Origin: Neophaeotheca triangularis
Taxonomy: Eukaryota
Length of the DNA: 64,000 nucleotides
Assembly: GCA_054600435.1 (NCBI GenBank)
Contig: BAAIJX010000001.1
Location: 372,001 to 436,000 of the forward strand
Direction: 5' to 3'
Made by a program: the position numbers and the translations under genes. Positions 1 to 11,132 of this stretch are shown here, one piece after another. Position 1 is the stretch's first letter; each line of letters starts with the position of its first letter. The notes beneath the pieces are model-generated. The model was not told where the DNA came from and made no database searches. It saw only the letters and a program-made list of their open reading frames with translations.

Positions 1-717
1 TACGGCTCGGAGACGTTCAATGCTTCCGGTCTCACGGTCCTCGAACGCAACTACCTAGACGTGTACCCCTACGATAAGTGGACAAGTAGCCAAGAACTCC
101 CCCATTTCCATCAAGGCGAAACCTTTGAGCCTATGGAAGCACGCATGTACGAAAGCAAGACTTCGCCTCCCGCATATCTGACTGAGCCGGAACTCATTGG
201 TTTAATGGACGCCAATGGCATCGGCACCGACGCTACCATGGCTGAACACATCACTAAGATCAAGGAACGACAATACGTCATGACGCAAGCTCGAGGACGT
301 CAACCACGCCAAGAAGGCGATGACGCACCATCTTCCGACGACGAACCTGCGCCAGCAGCAGGAACAAGAGGTCGTGGCCGTGGTCGAGGAGGCAGGGGCC
401 GAGGGCGGGGAGGGCGGGGAGGGGCCAACGCCGGAGGAAACAGCACCAGTGGAGTACAAGAATTCATACCGACGACGCTGGGCATGGCGCTTGTGCAAGG
501 CTACGAAGCCATGAATCATGAGACGAGTCTCACCAAGCCCTTCTTACGCAAGGAGATGGAGTTGCGGATGAAGGCTATTTGTGACGGAGAAAAGACGAAG
601 TTGCAAGTGGTGCAGGAGAGTATCGATCAGTATCGGCACGTCTACCTCTTAAGCCAGCATAGGCTAGGGGAGCTGAAAAAGGCGGTCAGGAAGTATTGCT
701 TTGGTGAGGATGTTTGA
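1..717 (+). CDS. TOP3: DNA topoisomerase III (type IA), C-terminal part; 5' end lies outside the window
   Basis: Frame is open from base 1 (YGSETFNASGLTVLERNYLDVYPYDKW). Contains Top3 motifs YLTEPELIGLMDANGIGTDATMAEHI and FIPTTLGMALVQGY...LTKPFLRKEME. Confidence 0.95.
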   Translation, partial: YGSETFNASGLTVLERNYLDVYPYDKWTSSQELPHFHQGETFEPMEARMYESKTSPPAYLTEPELIGLMDANGIGTDATMAEHITKIKERQYVMTQARGRQPRQEGDDAPSSDDEPAPAAGTRGRGRGRGGRGRGRGGRGGANAGGNSTSGVQEFIPTTLGMALVQGYEAMNHETSLTKPFLRKEMELRMKAICDGEKTKLQVVQESIDQYRHVYLLSQHRLGELKKAVRKYCFGEDV

Positions 718-1679
718 GGGAGACAAAAAGCAAAACGACCGGCTCAGGGGCAAACGCCAAGTCCAACTATCCAAAACCTTGATGCTATCCAAATTCTGTT
801 CACTGCGTTTCCGACCTCAAGTATGCCATTGTGGAAGGAATGATATCCTGTGCTCTGTGAATATCATCAAGCTGATCGTACTCTTCCCCAAAGTGTCTCA
901 TCCAGACTTCTTCTTTCACATGGCGTGTTGGCGCGTTCTTCCGTGCTGACTTGCGAGCTGTCTGCTTCTGTCTGGCCATGATGGGATGTTCGAGGGCAGA
1001 AATTGGTAGACGGGGTTGGATATGTTACGTTGAATATAGGGACGATCTTAACGCACACGTTGTGCGGTATTTATTAGTAAATGTCTTGGCCTTGTAGCCC
1101 TCTCAGCTATGTATCCCTGGCTGCTGTAATTCGGCCCAGACTCCGGGGAAGAAACAGAGTATGAGTAGTAATCAACCAAACCCTCTAGCAAGGTCACCTT
1201 CGACTGAAGTAGGTGGATATGGTGAAATTAGTGTGAATGGCAAAGGCGCAAAGTCCTGGAATTTGAGAAGATGTCCGCCAACGCTGCTGGTAGGGCGGTT
1301 CTCCTCTCCTGTCATGACCTCGGGAGCTTCTGAAGTCTGACTGGGCCTCCGGCAGTAAAGACCTGGACGGTATCGATCTCCCATATCTGATGTCTAAAAG
1401 TAGTAGTGTGCCTCTCGATGGCCGTGCTAATGTCTTCCCCCAAGTGGCTACAAGCTGTACCTACCGTACCTTAGGTGGGAGGTAGCTGTGACGTAGAGGC
1501 GCGTTCTAGCGCGAGGCAGGTGAATAGAAGTGCAGGGTCAGGCGCTATGTACCTTTTAGGTAGTACAATCAGTACCACGTGCGAGCGACCTAGAAAGACT
1601 CCCCAACATGGCAGCATAACGATCGCTCCCTCAATCACCACCGGTAGAACCCCAAGCACCTTCGCAGTCCTCTCCCATC

Positions 1680-2816
1680 ATGGCACCGGCTCTCGAGATC
1701 TCTATCCCAACAACTTCCACTGCAAACCCCCAAGACAGCAAAGCCTACACCCTCTACCACATAACCCTCCGTCTCCCACTCCGCACCCAAGAAGTCAAGA
1801 AACGCTACTCGGACTTCGAAAAGCTCCACTCGTCCCTCGAAAGCGAAACCAATGCCTCCCCGCCCTCTCCTCTCCCGGCCAAATCCTGGTTCAGACGAAC
1901 AGTCAACAACGAATCCCTAACGGAAGAGCGCCGCCAAGGATTAGAAAAGTACATCAAAGCCATAATAGCCGCCGAGGATGCTCGATGGCGATCTTCTAGT
2001 GCATGGCGGGCTTTCTTGAACCTTCCAAGCGGCACAAACACTATCAATGAAAGTGGAGGGTTGTCCAAGGACGGCCGCAGACGCAGCAGCAGCGTTGGTG
2101 GTGTCACGGATCCGAACCAGTGGCTGGATGTGCATAGGGAGCTGAAGACGCAGATACATACTGCGCGTCAGCAGTTGAAGCAGAGGGAGGCGGCCTCGAC
2201 GGCGCAGAGCCAGCATTCCCTTTCTGCGGAAGCGAAGGCAAGTCTGGTGCGCGCGGCTGCGAACATCGCGCAGTTGGAGGATGGACTTAGGAGTATTGGA
2301 GCTGCGGGAAAAGGAGGTGGAGAGTGGGGTGGAAGCAGGAAGTTGGGGGATGGAGAGGTCAGGCGGAGGAAAGACATGCTGGCTGCGAACCGGAAGGAGG
2401 TCGAGGGGTTAGAGGCGGTTTTGAGGAGTTTGGCTAGTTCGCAAAAGAAGGCTGGAACGAGTTCAGGTAGAGGTTCGGCTGCGGCGGCACCTAGTGAAAG
2501 TGACAAGAGCGCGCTGTTTTCCGGAGCACCAAAGACGTCGGGGCGCGTCTTGGGCGGCGGACCGCTGAAGGAGACAGAAAGGACGCGAGAGCTGGACAAC
2601 TCTGGGGTTTTGCAGTTGCAAAAGCAGGTTATGCAGGAGCAAGATGAGGATGTACTGAGCTTGGGCAAGACAGTTTCGAAGCTCAAAGACATGGGCATCA
2701 TGATCAACGAGGAGCTTACCGTGCAGAACGAGATGCTTGGTTTGGTGGAAGGTGATGTGGAGAGGTTGCAAGGCAAGATTGATGTTGGAAGGGCAAGGAT
2801 CAAGAAGATTCATTGA
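1680..2816 (+). CDS. VAM7: Vacuolar Qc-SNARE with N-terminal PX domain
   Basis: PX motifs (YTLYHI, KKRYSDFEKLH, PPSPLPAKSW, EERRQGLEKY) and a C-terminal SNARE helix (QEQDEDVLSLG...INEELTVQNEML). No transmembrane anchor. Confidence 0.92.
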   Translation: MAPALEISIPTTSTANPQDSKAYTLYHITLRLPLRTQEVKKRYSDFEKLHSSLESETNASPPSPLPAKSWFRRTVNNESLTEERRQGLEKYIKAIIAAEDARWRSSSAWRAFLNLPSGTNTINESGGLSKDGRRRSSSVGGVTDPNQWLDVHRELKTQIHTARQQLKQREAASTAQSQHSLSAEAKASLVRAAANIAQLEDGLRSIGAAGKGGGEWGGSRKLGDGEVRRRKDMLAANRKEVEGLEAVLRSLASSQKKAGTSSGRGSAAAAPSESDKSALFSGAPKTSGRVLGGGPLKETERTRELDNSGVLQLQKQVMQEQDEDVLSLGKTVSKLKDMGIMINEELTVQNEMLGLVEGDVERLQGKIDVGRARIKKIH

Positions 2817-3146
2817 GTGTCATATTATTAGGGCGCATACTTGGTTTTCATGCTTGCGTTCCAGCGAAGGCGACTTGCGGCCTGGCATAGGCGGATTGAA
2901 CCAGTTTGTTGCGATTCCCTGATTACCACGAGAGCTTATTACGGGACTGGCAAGACTTGTGTATCTGCTGGAAATAGTCAAACTTTTTTATGGTATCTTG
3001 AAAAGCTTTCTCGTAGTAATGACCCAGAAACGTGCGCCGGGTCAAAGAAGGATTGTAGCTCTGCCACCAACGCCTTAACACCTTCGCTGATCTCGTGAAA
3101 AGTCTCCGGGCGCGAGAGTAGCCGTGTGAGTCCCTGAAGCAAACAG

Positions 3147-3782
3147 CTACTCGTCGACGTCCATCTCCTCGGCGCCCTCCCCACGCACCAGCCTCTGCTT
3201 CCTCTTCTGCTTCTGCTGCTTAGTCTTGTTGACCGCTTGCTTCTCGTTCTCCAGCTCGTCCTCCTCGACCTCCATATCCTCGGTTTCTTGCGCGATCTTC
3301 GCCGCCTCGTCCCGCAGGTGTACAGGCAACAAGTGCTGGTTCTCCTCCACGAGCTTGCGATCGGCCTCGAGCTGCCTCTCCCTGTTGCCCTTCATACGGC
3401 CCTTGTAGAAGGCCCTCTCCCTCCTGGCTCTGATCTCGCCAACTCTCTCCATCGCGCTCAGCGTTGTCGCCACGAGGTCGCGGTTATATCTGACGGGGAT
3501 GTTGCGGCGTTGCTGGAAGGCGAGCGTGGAGTCGACCGTCATTTCTTTGCCGTGCGCGCGACGGAACGACTTGGTCCACTGCAGCTTGCGCGGGTTGCGC
3601 TTCATCTTGAAGTTTTTGTGGCATTTGCTGCGGCAAAAGCGGAAGACCTTTGCATCGTTGCGGACAAAAGTTATGCCTTTGGATGGGTAGGTGGGCTGCG
3701 AGCAGAAGTAGCAGGTTTCGATCCTGGTCGAAATTGGTTAGTTCTATTGGAGAATGTTTCGAGAACCTCCTACATACCTCAT
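3147..3782 (-). CDS. RLP24: 60S ribosome biogenesis protein (eL24-like), 2 exons
   Basis: Exon 3778-3782 (ATGAG), intron 3724-3777 (GTATGT...CTAAC...CAG), exon 3147-3723. Spliced product [56 protein letters not shown]... Confidence 0.96.
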
Positions 3783-4049
3783 GGTGGCGGTTGGATCTGC
3801 CTGCCCTACTGTGTATGTGTCTGCGACAAATCTTAGGTTACTGAAAGATGATATCGAGGTCTGGAAAAAGTCGCAGGCCCGTGCGTACAGTCGGCGAAAG
3901 CAACTTCACCTCCGAGCCGGCCGCCGATGAGAGGAAGTACACTGTACGTACAGTCTCGAGGAAGTTGTACCTATTGCGCCAACGACCTTTACCACTTTTT
4001 GTTCGCCTCAAAATATCATCTACCAACTACAAGTACCTCTACCGGCACC
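3783..4049. promoter_or_regulatory. Compact bidirectional promoter between RLP24 and PAM18
   Basis: Only 267 bp separate the two divergent start codons. A PAC-like CGATGAG lies at about 3925-3931. Confidence 0.6.
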
Positions 4050-4492
4050 ATGGCTTCCGTAATGGCGATAGGCGTCGGTGTCGCCGCAGCAGCATTCTTC
4101 GTTCGCCTCTCTCGATCACCTCCACTCCCAGACTAAACTTTCTGACTTATCCGTGACCAGGGTCGCGCTGGTCTTGTAGCACTTCGAAGATACCGAGGAG
4201 GCACCAATGCAATCGGACGCGCCTTCTACAAGGGCGGCTTCGAATCGAAAATGACCAGAAAAGAGGCGGCTTTGATCCTCGAAACTTCGTACGGAATACC
4301 CATTTCATCGCATAAAACTTGAGCCAGAGCTAACGTAGAGGCCGACACAGTGAAAGAGGCGTCACGAAAGAAATTGTGCGGAAGAAGCATCGCCAGCTGA
4401 TGTTGCTAAATCATCCCGACCGAGGCGGTAGCCCGTATCTGGCGACGAAGATCAACGAGGCGAAAGAGTTTCTGGAGAAAAACAGTAATTGA
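4050..4492 (+). CDS. PAM18: Mitochondrial import motor J-domain protein (Tim14/Pam18), 3 exons; absent from the ORF track
   Basis: Introns 4101-4160 and 4289-4350. Product [31 protein letters not shown]...[20 protein letters not shown]...[29 protein letters not shown], with the HPD motif. Confidence 0.96.
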
Positions 4493-4781
4493 GGAAGAGC
4501 ATTTACACTGCACGTCGAATGTTTAGCGAGGCGTTGGGTGGCATGGGAATCTTTCTGGCATCGGAGCGCAATCACCACTCTGTATTATACTGTAAGAAGC
4601 TGAAAGAATTGATACATCGTTTCGCGAGCTAGGGATCATAAACGCGCAAAGGTAGGGCTGCTCATAGCCGGAAACGGCCAAATCAGAAGGGTGCAGTAGA
4701 ACGAAGACCTCTTAGTCGACAAACTCGACCGATTCATGGCAATCCGACACGGATCCAACATTATTGACGACTACAGACTTG

Positions 4782-5663
4782 CTAAGCTTGCCCTTTTCTC
4801 TTCTTCTCGATCCAATCCATGAACAGCCCAACATCCTTTACCACGGCGTCCGGTACTCCCATCTTCTGCGCCCACATCGGCAAAGCTCCCTTGGCATCAC
4901 TTGCCGTCGCCATCTGCCACCTGACCTTCGCGCCGTTCTCTACCAAGTCTCCTCTTTCGATGCTAACATAGATTCCCTCTTGCACCCTTTCAGTCCCAAC
5001 GTACCCAGTCCCCTGAACGTCCTTCACCGAGACCGGAATTTGCAGCACTAACCAACTCTGTTCGTCCGCTGCCATAGCAGTAATGCAGCAAACTGCAAAC
5101 ACTCGATCCTTCAACGGCGAAGGAATTTGATGACACATTTCCCAGATGCTCATCTGTACGTCCTTCCAACCCTCAACGGATCCTTCTCCTGCAGACTCCA
5201 GCATCTCGTCCCATGACAGCACTTGGCGCGAATCAAAAACATCAGGGGTGTAGTCGTTTTCGCGCAAACAGTGGTCCCGCCTCGTCCCCTTGTCGAACTC
5301 TTCCCAGCTCGCAGTTCCTTCTTTGGCAGCATTCTCATGTGTCGAGGAGCGTGCAAACCAGGCCTCAGGGCTACCGGATGGCAACTCCGAGCCGGGAATG
5401 TCGTGGGTGAGGAGCTCGACGGGGGCGGCTGATGGCGGAGATTGTTTGTCAGAAGCTTTTGTTTTGAAGCTGCTAGAGAGGTATGAAGTTGTGAAGGACG
5501 AGGCTTCGTTCAGCGCCTCGGCGATAAAGGCCTGAAGCTTTGGCGGCTCGGCTGCGGTCTGCAGGTGGGCGAGAGAGGGGTGCGAAGGGAGGCTTTCCGG
5601 GTTGAGAGGCCGGAGGCGTAGAAGGCGGCCGTGCGCGCCATTCTTTGAGTCAGTCTGGGCCAT
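4782..5663 (-). CDS. Conserved fungal protein, DUF3074 (START-like fold) type
   Basis: 293 aa ORF with family motifs EAWFARSSTH...ASWEEF, ENDYTP, PLKDRVF, GIYVSIER and WQMATASDAKGALPMWAQKMGVPDAVVKDVGLFMDWI. Confidence 0.85.
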   Translation of the reverse strand: MAQTDSKNGAHGRLLRLRPLNPESLPSHPSLAHLQTAAEPPKLQAFIAEALNEASSFTTSYLSSSFKTKASDKQSPPSAAPVELLTHDIPGSELPSGSPEAWFARSSTHENAAKEGTASWEEFDKGTRRDHCLRENDYTPDVFDSRQVLSWDEMLESAGEGSVEGWKDVQMSIWEMCHQIPSPLKDRVFAVCCITAMAADEQSWLVLQIPVSVKDVQGTGYVGTERVQEGIYVSIERGDLVENGAKVRWQMATASDAKGALPMWAQKMGVPDAVVKDVGLFMDWIEKKRKGQA

Positions 5664-6660
5664 GTTGATGATATAGCTGCGACTGTGTTCGTTGTTCCTT
5701 GTTGCTTAAAGCGGCGAGGAGGTCAAGGGTTGGGGAGGAGTTCGAGAGGTCATCCACAAGTGGTTGTGGTGTAACGGCCGCTGCTTGATAGCTAGAACTT
5801 CTAGTACAGTAGAGATGATTCGTGTGACAAGAGAGCTGTGTATCAGAACTACCTACACAGTCTATGAGGCGCTGAGGTTTGTACTTGACCGCATTGTAAG
5901 AGCTCGATGGTAACGTCATCGGAGTGTCAAAAGCGCACGTTGAACGGAAAGGCGAGTGGCGGTTCTGTTCGGAGGCGTGCGGATAGAGCGCGGTCCTACG
6001 ACATATTGGAAGTAAACTCTAAGATCTCCTACAAGTGCTGGAAACAAGTGCCAGTGTAGGTTCGTTGATCGAAAACGCAGGCACTACGAGTAGGGTAGGT
6101 AAGATATTTAGGAGGTAGGTACAGTGGATGTAGTACTTCACCCCCGAGTACAGATCTCATCGCAATGGTCCGAGTGCGATAAGATCTAGCTTCGTCCATT
6201 GTCTAGCCCGACGAAATGGTAGTCCAATCATACTTAGTACAGCTAACGCTGCGGAAACCGCATCGCGAACCTCAGGGCTTCAGGCCTCGCCCACGACTTG
6301 GCTCAATACATTATCGAAGCTAGGTGCCCGTCGGCGTATTCAGAGGATTGGTGCTATTCTGCAATTTTCGAACATTGGTAGAACAGCGTGTGATTTTGGC
6401 CTCTATCTCGAGGTTTCACGGCAGCAGACTGGACCTATCGGCCGCGGCTTCACTACGTTTCGACCTCGGAGACTCCAAAATTCGTCCATCCACTGGCGCT
6501 TCCCCTGGTACAACCACTCAAAACGAGCGAGTGATAGTGCCAGACCAAGATCTAAAGCACTATTGCCGCTGCTTCTCATTTGCAAGTAGAAGTGGATCAC
6601 TGGGCGTTCAGTTACGACAACGACGACGACTGCGTCTCAGCTCTCGAGTCTCCTCCGAGA

Positions 6661-7135
6661 ATGCCGCCCAAAGGCAAAGGAGGCGACAAGGGTAAAGGCA
6701 AGGAAGCTTCCGCCGACAAAGGCGCCAGCAAGCAGAAGGGAGCCCAAAGCGTAAATGTTCGACACATCCTGTGTGCGAAGCACTCGAAGAAGGAAGAAGC
6801 TCTGGCGAAGTTGAATGAAGGGGCCAAGTTTGACGATGTTGCAAGAGAGTTTTCGGAAGATAAGGCAAGGCAAGGTAAGATTGGTGTGCTGTGACCGAAT
6901 CAGGAATTATAAAAACTTACTTCTCAACAGGAGGATCACTGGGCTGGAAGACGAAGGGAAGCCTGATGGAAGGTGAGATTAAATGGGTCCCACATGAATG
7001 CTGTAATATTGACCTCATTTAGAATTCGAAAAAGTCGCTTACGATCTGCCAGTCTCGACAACAGCGAAACCTGTCTGGGGAGAAGCGAAGACGAGTGAGG
7101 GATATCACTTGATCATCTGTGAGGGCCGGAAGTAG
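6661..7135 (+). CDS. PIN4: Parvulin-type peptidyl-prolyl cis-trans isomerase (Par14/Pin4), 3 exons
   Basis: Introns 6875-6930 and 6973-7022. Basic N-tail, then [18 protein letters not shown]...[20 protein letters not shown]...[16 protein letters not shown]. Confidence 0.95.
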
Positions 7136-7893
7136 GTCGAGTTTCATTTGGGCACGTAGGTCGGCACCTACGATCGGCTGTAAGCCCAAAGGATTTCATG
7201 TGCAATCACTCTATCGCTCAATGGGGCAGCGCTGAAACATTTCGGTTGCTTCACTTCTCCTCGCATTCTTCAGAATGCTGTCCAAGTTCACAATATCCCC
7301 TTGTTCGGTCGCGCCCGAAGAATACCTGCAGTACCAAAGGGGTCGGGAAGGCCAAATAGGCACTGGCGTGACGGCCAATGCAATCCACCTGATAGTTGCT
7401 GAGGATGTTGGCCGGCTTCCATCTACAGCGCTGGAAGTTGCACTACTGAAGCACTTCTATGTTCACTGACTCCAGCACATGGCGGCTCGAGACACTCCTT
7501 TTCAGAACAGGGAACTTCGGCGTCGCCTTACATCTAGTCAGCTTTCTGTTGGTGACCCAGTCTGCTAAACATTTAGGAGCATTTCAGGGTTCAACAAGGC
7601 CCGTGTCTTGAACTAGCACATTCTTTTTTTTTCTTCTTCCAGGAAATAGCCTCGTGCGTACTAATCATCCTTAATCTGGGTCCGTTGTCGATGCCGCAAT
7701 CGTTCAAGAATGCGAGATGGGTGAAGTTCAACGCCAAGTTCAGCACGGGCCTCAGCCCGCTTGACAACCGAATCGCGAATGTTTGTCGGATGTTGTCGAG
7801 TGTTTATTGTCGTACGCGCGAGGCGGAAGATCTCGAACAACGTGACGCAGTATTATCTGGACCGTTTGAAGGGCACCATTGGAAAATATAGAT

Positions 7894-10516
7894 ATGGATC
7901 CATCATTAACGGCAAGCCGGGCGACTGCGGGAATGCTGCCACCAAAAAGGAAACGTCCTGTCACCAACGGTGTTGAAGAATTGCCATGGACAGAGGTAAA
8001 TCAAGACAGGAGGTCATGCCAGCTAATACCGCTGACAACAGATTCAACAGGCTCGTTGTAACCGGTTGCTCAGAACTATTACTTCCAGGATCTCTATTCT
8101 TCGCAAAATATCCAAATCGTTCAAAAGCAACGCACCCCCTCGCAAATGCGACAACAAAGAGTCTGGCTTGGCGACCCAGGAGGTCGAGGAGGAGCCGGAT
8201 TGGATTCCCAAAGGTCCCAGGCAGCCGCATGTTCGACCGAAATACGGTGGCAAATCGAAGGCTTCGAAGCCCAACCCTTCTCCGAGCCGCGCTGTTTTCT
8301 CTACGCCTTTCGTACGACGTGCCCTTGGTACTGCGCCTACTCCAGGCTCGGCGGACGGCGTGAAATCGACCAGAAATCACGCGCCAAGCCAGGCCTACCG
8401 ACGGAAGATGGGTCTGCCAGTTCGACCTACAGACTCTGCCGAAGAGGCCGAGGCGAAGCTAGTCACCGCCCTTGACATGTTACTTACGCAAACGGCATCT
8501 CCTCATCAGGAACCACGGATTGGAGCTCGCTCTCTGTCCGGGGCCTGTCTTCGAAGAGTTCCGAGCTTTGTAGATCTTGTATACGACTGCAACAAAGAAG
8601 ACTATGGCGATGAGGCAAACGATCCTACCTCGAGTATATACACGCAGCTCGAGCAGCTTGGTACCGTCAACGGTGGTGGCTGGCGTGGTCTGCGGGAAGT
8701 GGTGCGGGCTCATGCCATGCACAGATTGGCGCAGGCGATAGAAGAAGGCTTGATCTCTGATGTTACCTGCGAGGCACTACTCCGTCGATGTGGTTCAAAC
8801 TCCACCCTTCCGGAAGCGTCTCAACTCTTCATTGCGTGGGCTCGAAGAACTGGCTCGAAATACCCATCACCACTATTGACCGCTCGTCACCGCTCGATCA
8901 AGTGTTTGGAAGAGATCTCAAAGGCCAATAGATGCCCGGAACTGCTATTACGACTGCAAGCATCACTTCTATCGACGGGAGTCACAGATGTGCGTTCCCT
9001 TGCTTCCTCCGACCCAACTATTTGGCGCCACCTCCTGGGAGCCCTACTAAAAGACTCGACATTCTTCGCCGGGGCCGATTTCCTGAAGACCGCAGTGAGG
9101 GCAATGCTCGAGGTGCCTATAGCTTCTGAAGTGAATATCACTTCGACTGTCAAGTCTGCTATGCGGCAAATCATGTCACTCACGACAGGAATCGTGATCG
9201 CACGTAGTTCCACATCAGATCAGCCGGAAGCGACAAGGAACATGCTTGATCTTAGCCGGGATCTTGTTCTGCTTGCTACCCAAGCTGGGGATGGCCAGCT
9301 TGCGAATGTGGGCTTAGAAGGTCGTCAGGCGTGGCTTCCGTTCTTCCACAGCAATCTTATCCTGGAGTGTGTCTCCTATGTCGAAATGCCGGAAGCTTCC
9401 CGGAGCACCTCAGTGGATGCCATAACGACAGACTTTGAATTCATACATGATCGTACAATCAAAGAAGTCCAGGCATTTGACGGGCTCTCCGCAGAAATTG
9501 GGTATATTCGCAATATAGCGAATGCAATTCGAGTTGTCGATGCAGAAAGCGCCCTGGTGGTGTTACAGCGTATCTTCACATCGATGCTGTCTACTACAAA
9601 GCAATGCAATGATTCTCCCGAACTAGCGGTTCTGAATCGTCTGGCGCTTGATGCTTCGCTCGTAGAAGCTGATGCTGTAAGAGACAAGGATACCAGGGAT
9701 CTCGCCGAGTACATTGAGAAGCGACTAAGGGGTTCCCAAAGCGCCTCAACAAACTCATTGCCAGCCACCCCGAGGGCCGCGGCAAAGTCAGCTGCCTTCA
9801 GATGGGACGAAGGGTTGTGCGAGTGGCTGGCTCAGACGCCACTGTCCCTCTTCCGGCGCCAGGCTGCCAGCAAGGACGCCGCTCCCATCTCCAAATATGG
9901 TCTTGTCGTTTGGCAAGATAACCTCGCACACCAACTACAGAGCCAGAATTACTCTGTGCAGCAGTCACCAGATGTGCTCACCGAGCAAGATCCGAACATG
10001 TACCAACCGTTCGTAGACGAGTCGCCAGTGCAGAACAAGAAGGCAGCTGCCGTGTCGTTTGCGAGCCTGGACGCTCAAGTTGAGCTACATGCGCGATCGT
10101 TCAAGCAGCCTACACCAACGAAGAACATCCCTGCGGCTAAGACGAGCGAGAAACAGGCTTTGCCCAAAATCAATCTCCCACCTCACCGGGAGCCTTTGAA
10201 GCGCTCATCAAGCGAAAGCAACCTCAAAACCGCTATGCAGAAACGTCGCAAACCTGGCCGAGTCTCCTCCGGTAACGAACTTCATTCTTCAGCGCCGGTT
10301 CTAGACGTGGAAGAGGCAGGAAAAGACGAGCTAGGAATACCCACACCCGCTAAGAAGAAGGCCAAACCCAGTAGCCGGAGGAGAAGAGGCGAGACCAAAG
10401 ACAGGCCAGGCCATTCCCTAGGCAGTGGAAAAGAGAATCGCAAGTCACTGCCCGTCGTTGGAGCTGGTCGTGCCACGTTGACTGAAGCTGCAAGCGACGA
10501 TGAGCTAGGGATGTAG
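7894..10516 (+). CDS. Hypothetical fungal protein (~855 aa) with helical core and basic disordered C-terminus, 2 exons
   Basis: ATG at 7894; phase-0 intron 7996-8050 joins LPWTE|ARCNRLLRTITSRI into the 816 aa ORF. Conserved-looking motifs GWRGLREVVRAH, FRWDEGLCEW and terminal SDDELGM. Confidence 0.8.
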
Positions 10517-11132
10517 CAATACGATAGCACAACGTTCCATATTCAGTAAATGCAACTCCGTTGTTCCACCCCGTGAGTTGTCCTCCAAGGCAGCGGGCCC
10601 GGTAACGCAGTCACCGATGAGCAGCGTGCCGCTAGAGCTTTCATGTTGCTGGCTCTTGCAGTCTCCTTCTAGCACCACCAGACGATCACCCGAGGTGGGG
10701 ATATCATGTATTCGCTACAGGGAGCTACGACAGCCACGTGTAAGCAGTGCCATCAACCAACCTCGGCCATATCAAGAGCTAGACGAAGACGGTGATGAGC
10801 ACTCCCCAGCTTTCAGCGAAGGGGACAAGAAAGTTTGGGAAGTCGAATACATCTACACAGCTCGACTGTATCGCGGAAGCCAGACACCCACCCATCCCCA
10901 GAAATGCAACCGAAATATTAAACGCGCTTTTCGCGCTCCCGCGTCCTTCCTCCCACATAGCTACTATTTCCACGGCCCTGAAAAACAGGAAATCGAGCAC
11001 AGAAGTCGTGTATGGTGCCCTTCTCACCTTGTATGTGTGCTGACGGACTATCAAAACGCTGCGTCACCGACAAAAAAAAAACAACAACGAAATCTAGACA
11101 AAACCGAAAAGGGGGAGCCGCCACCGCCATGC

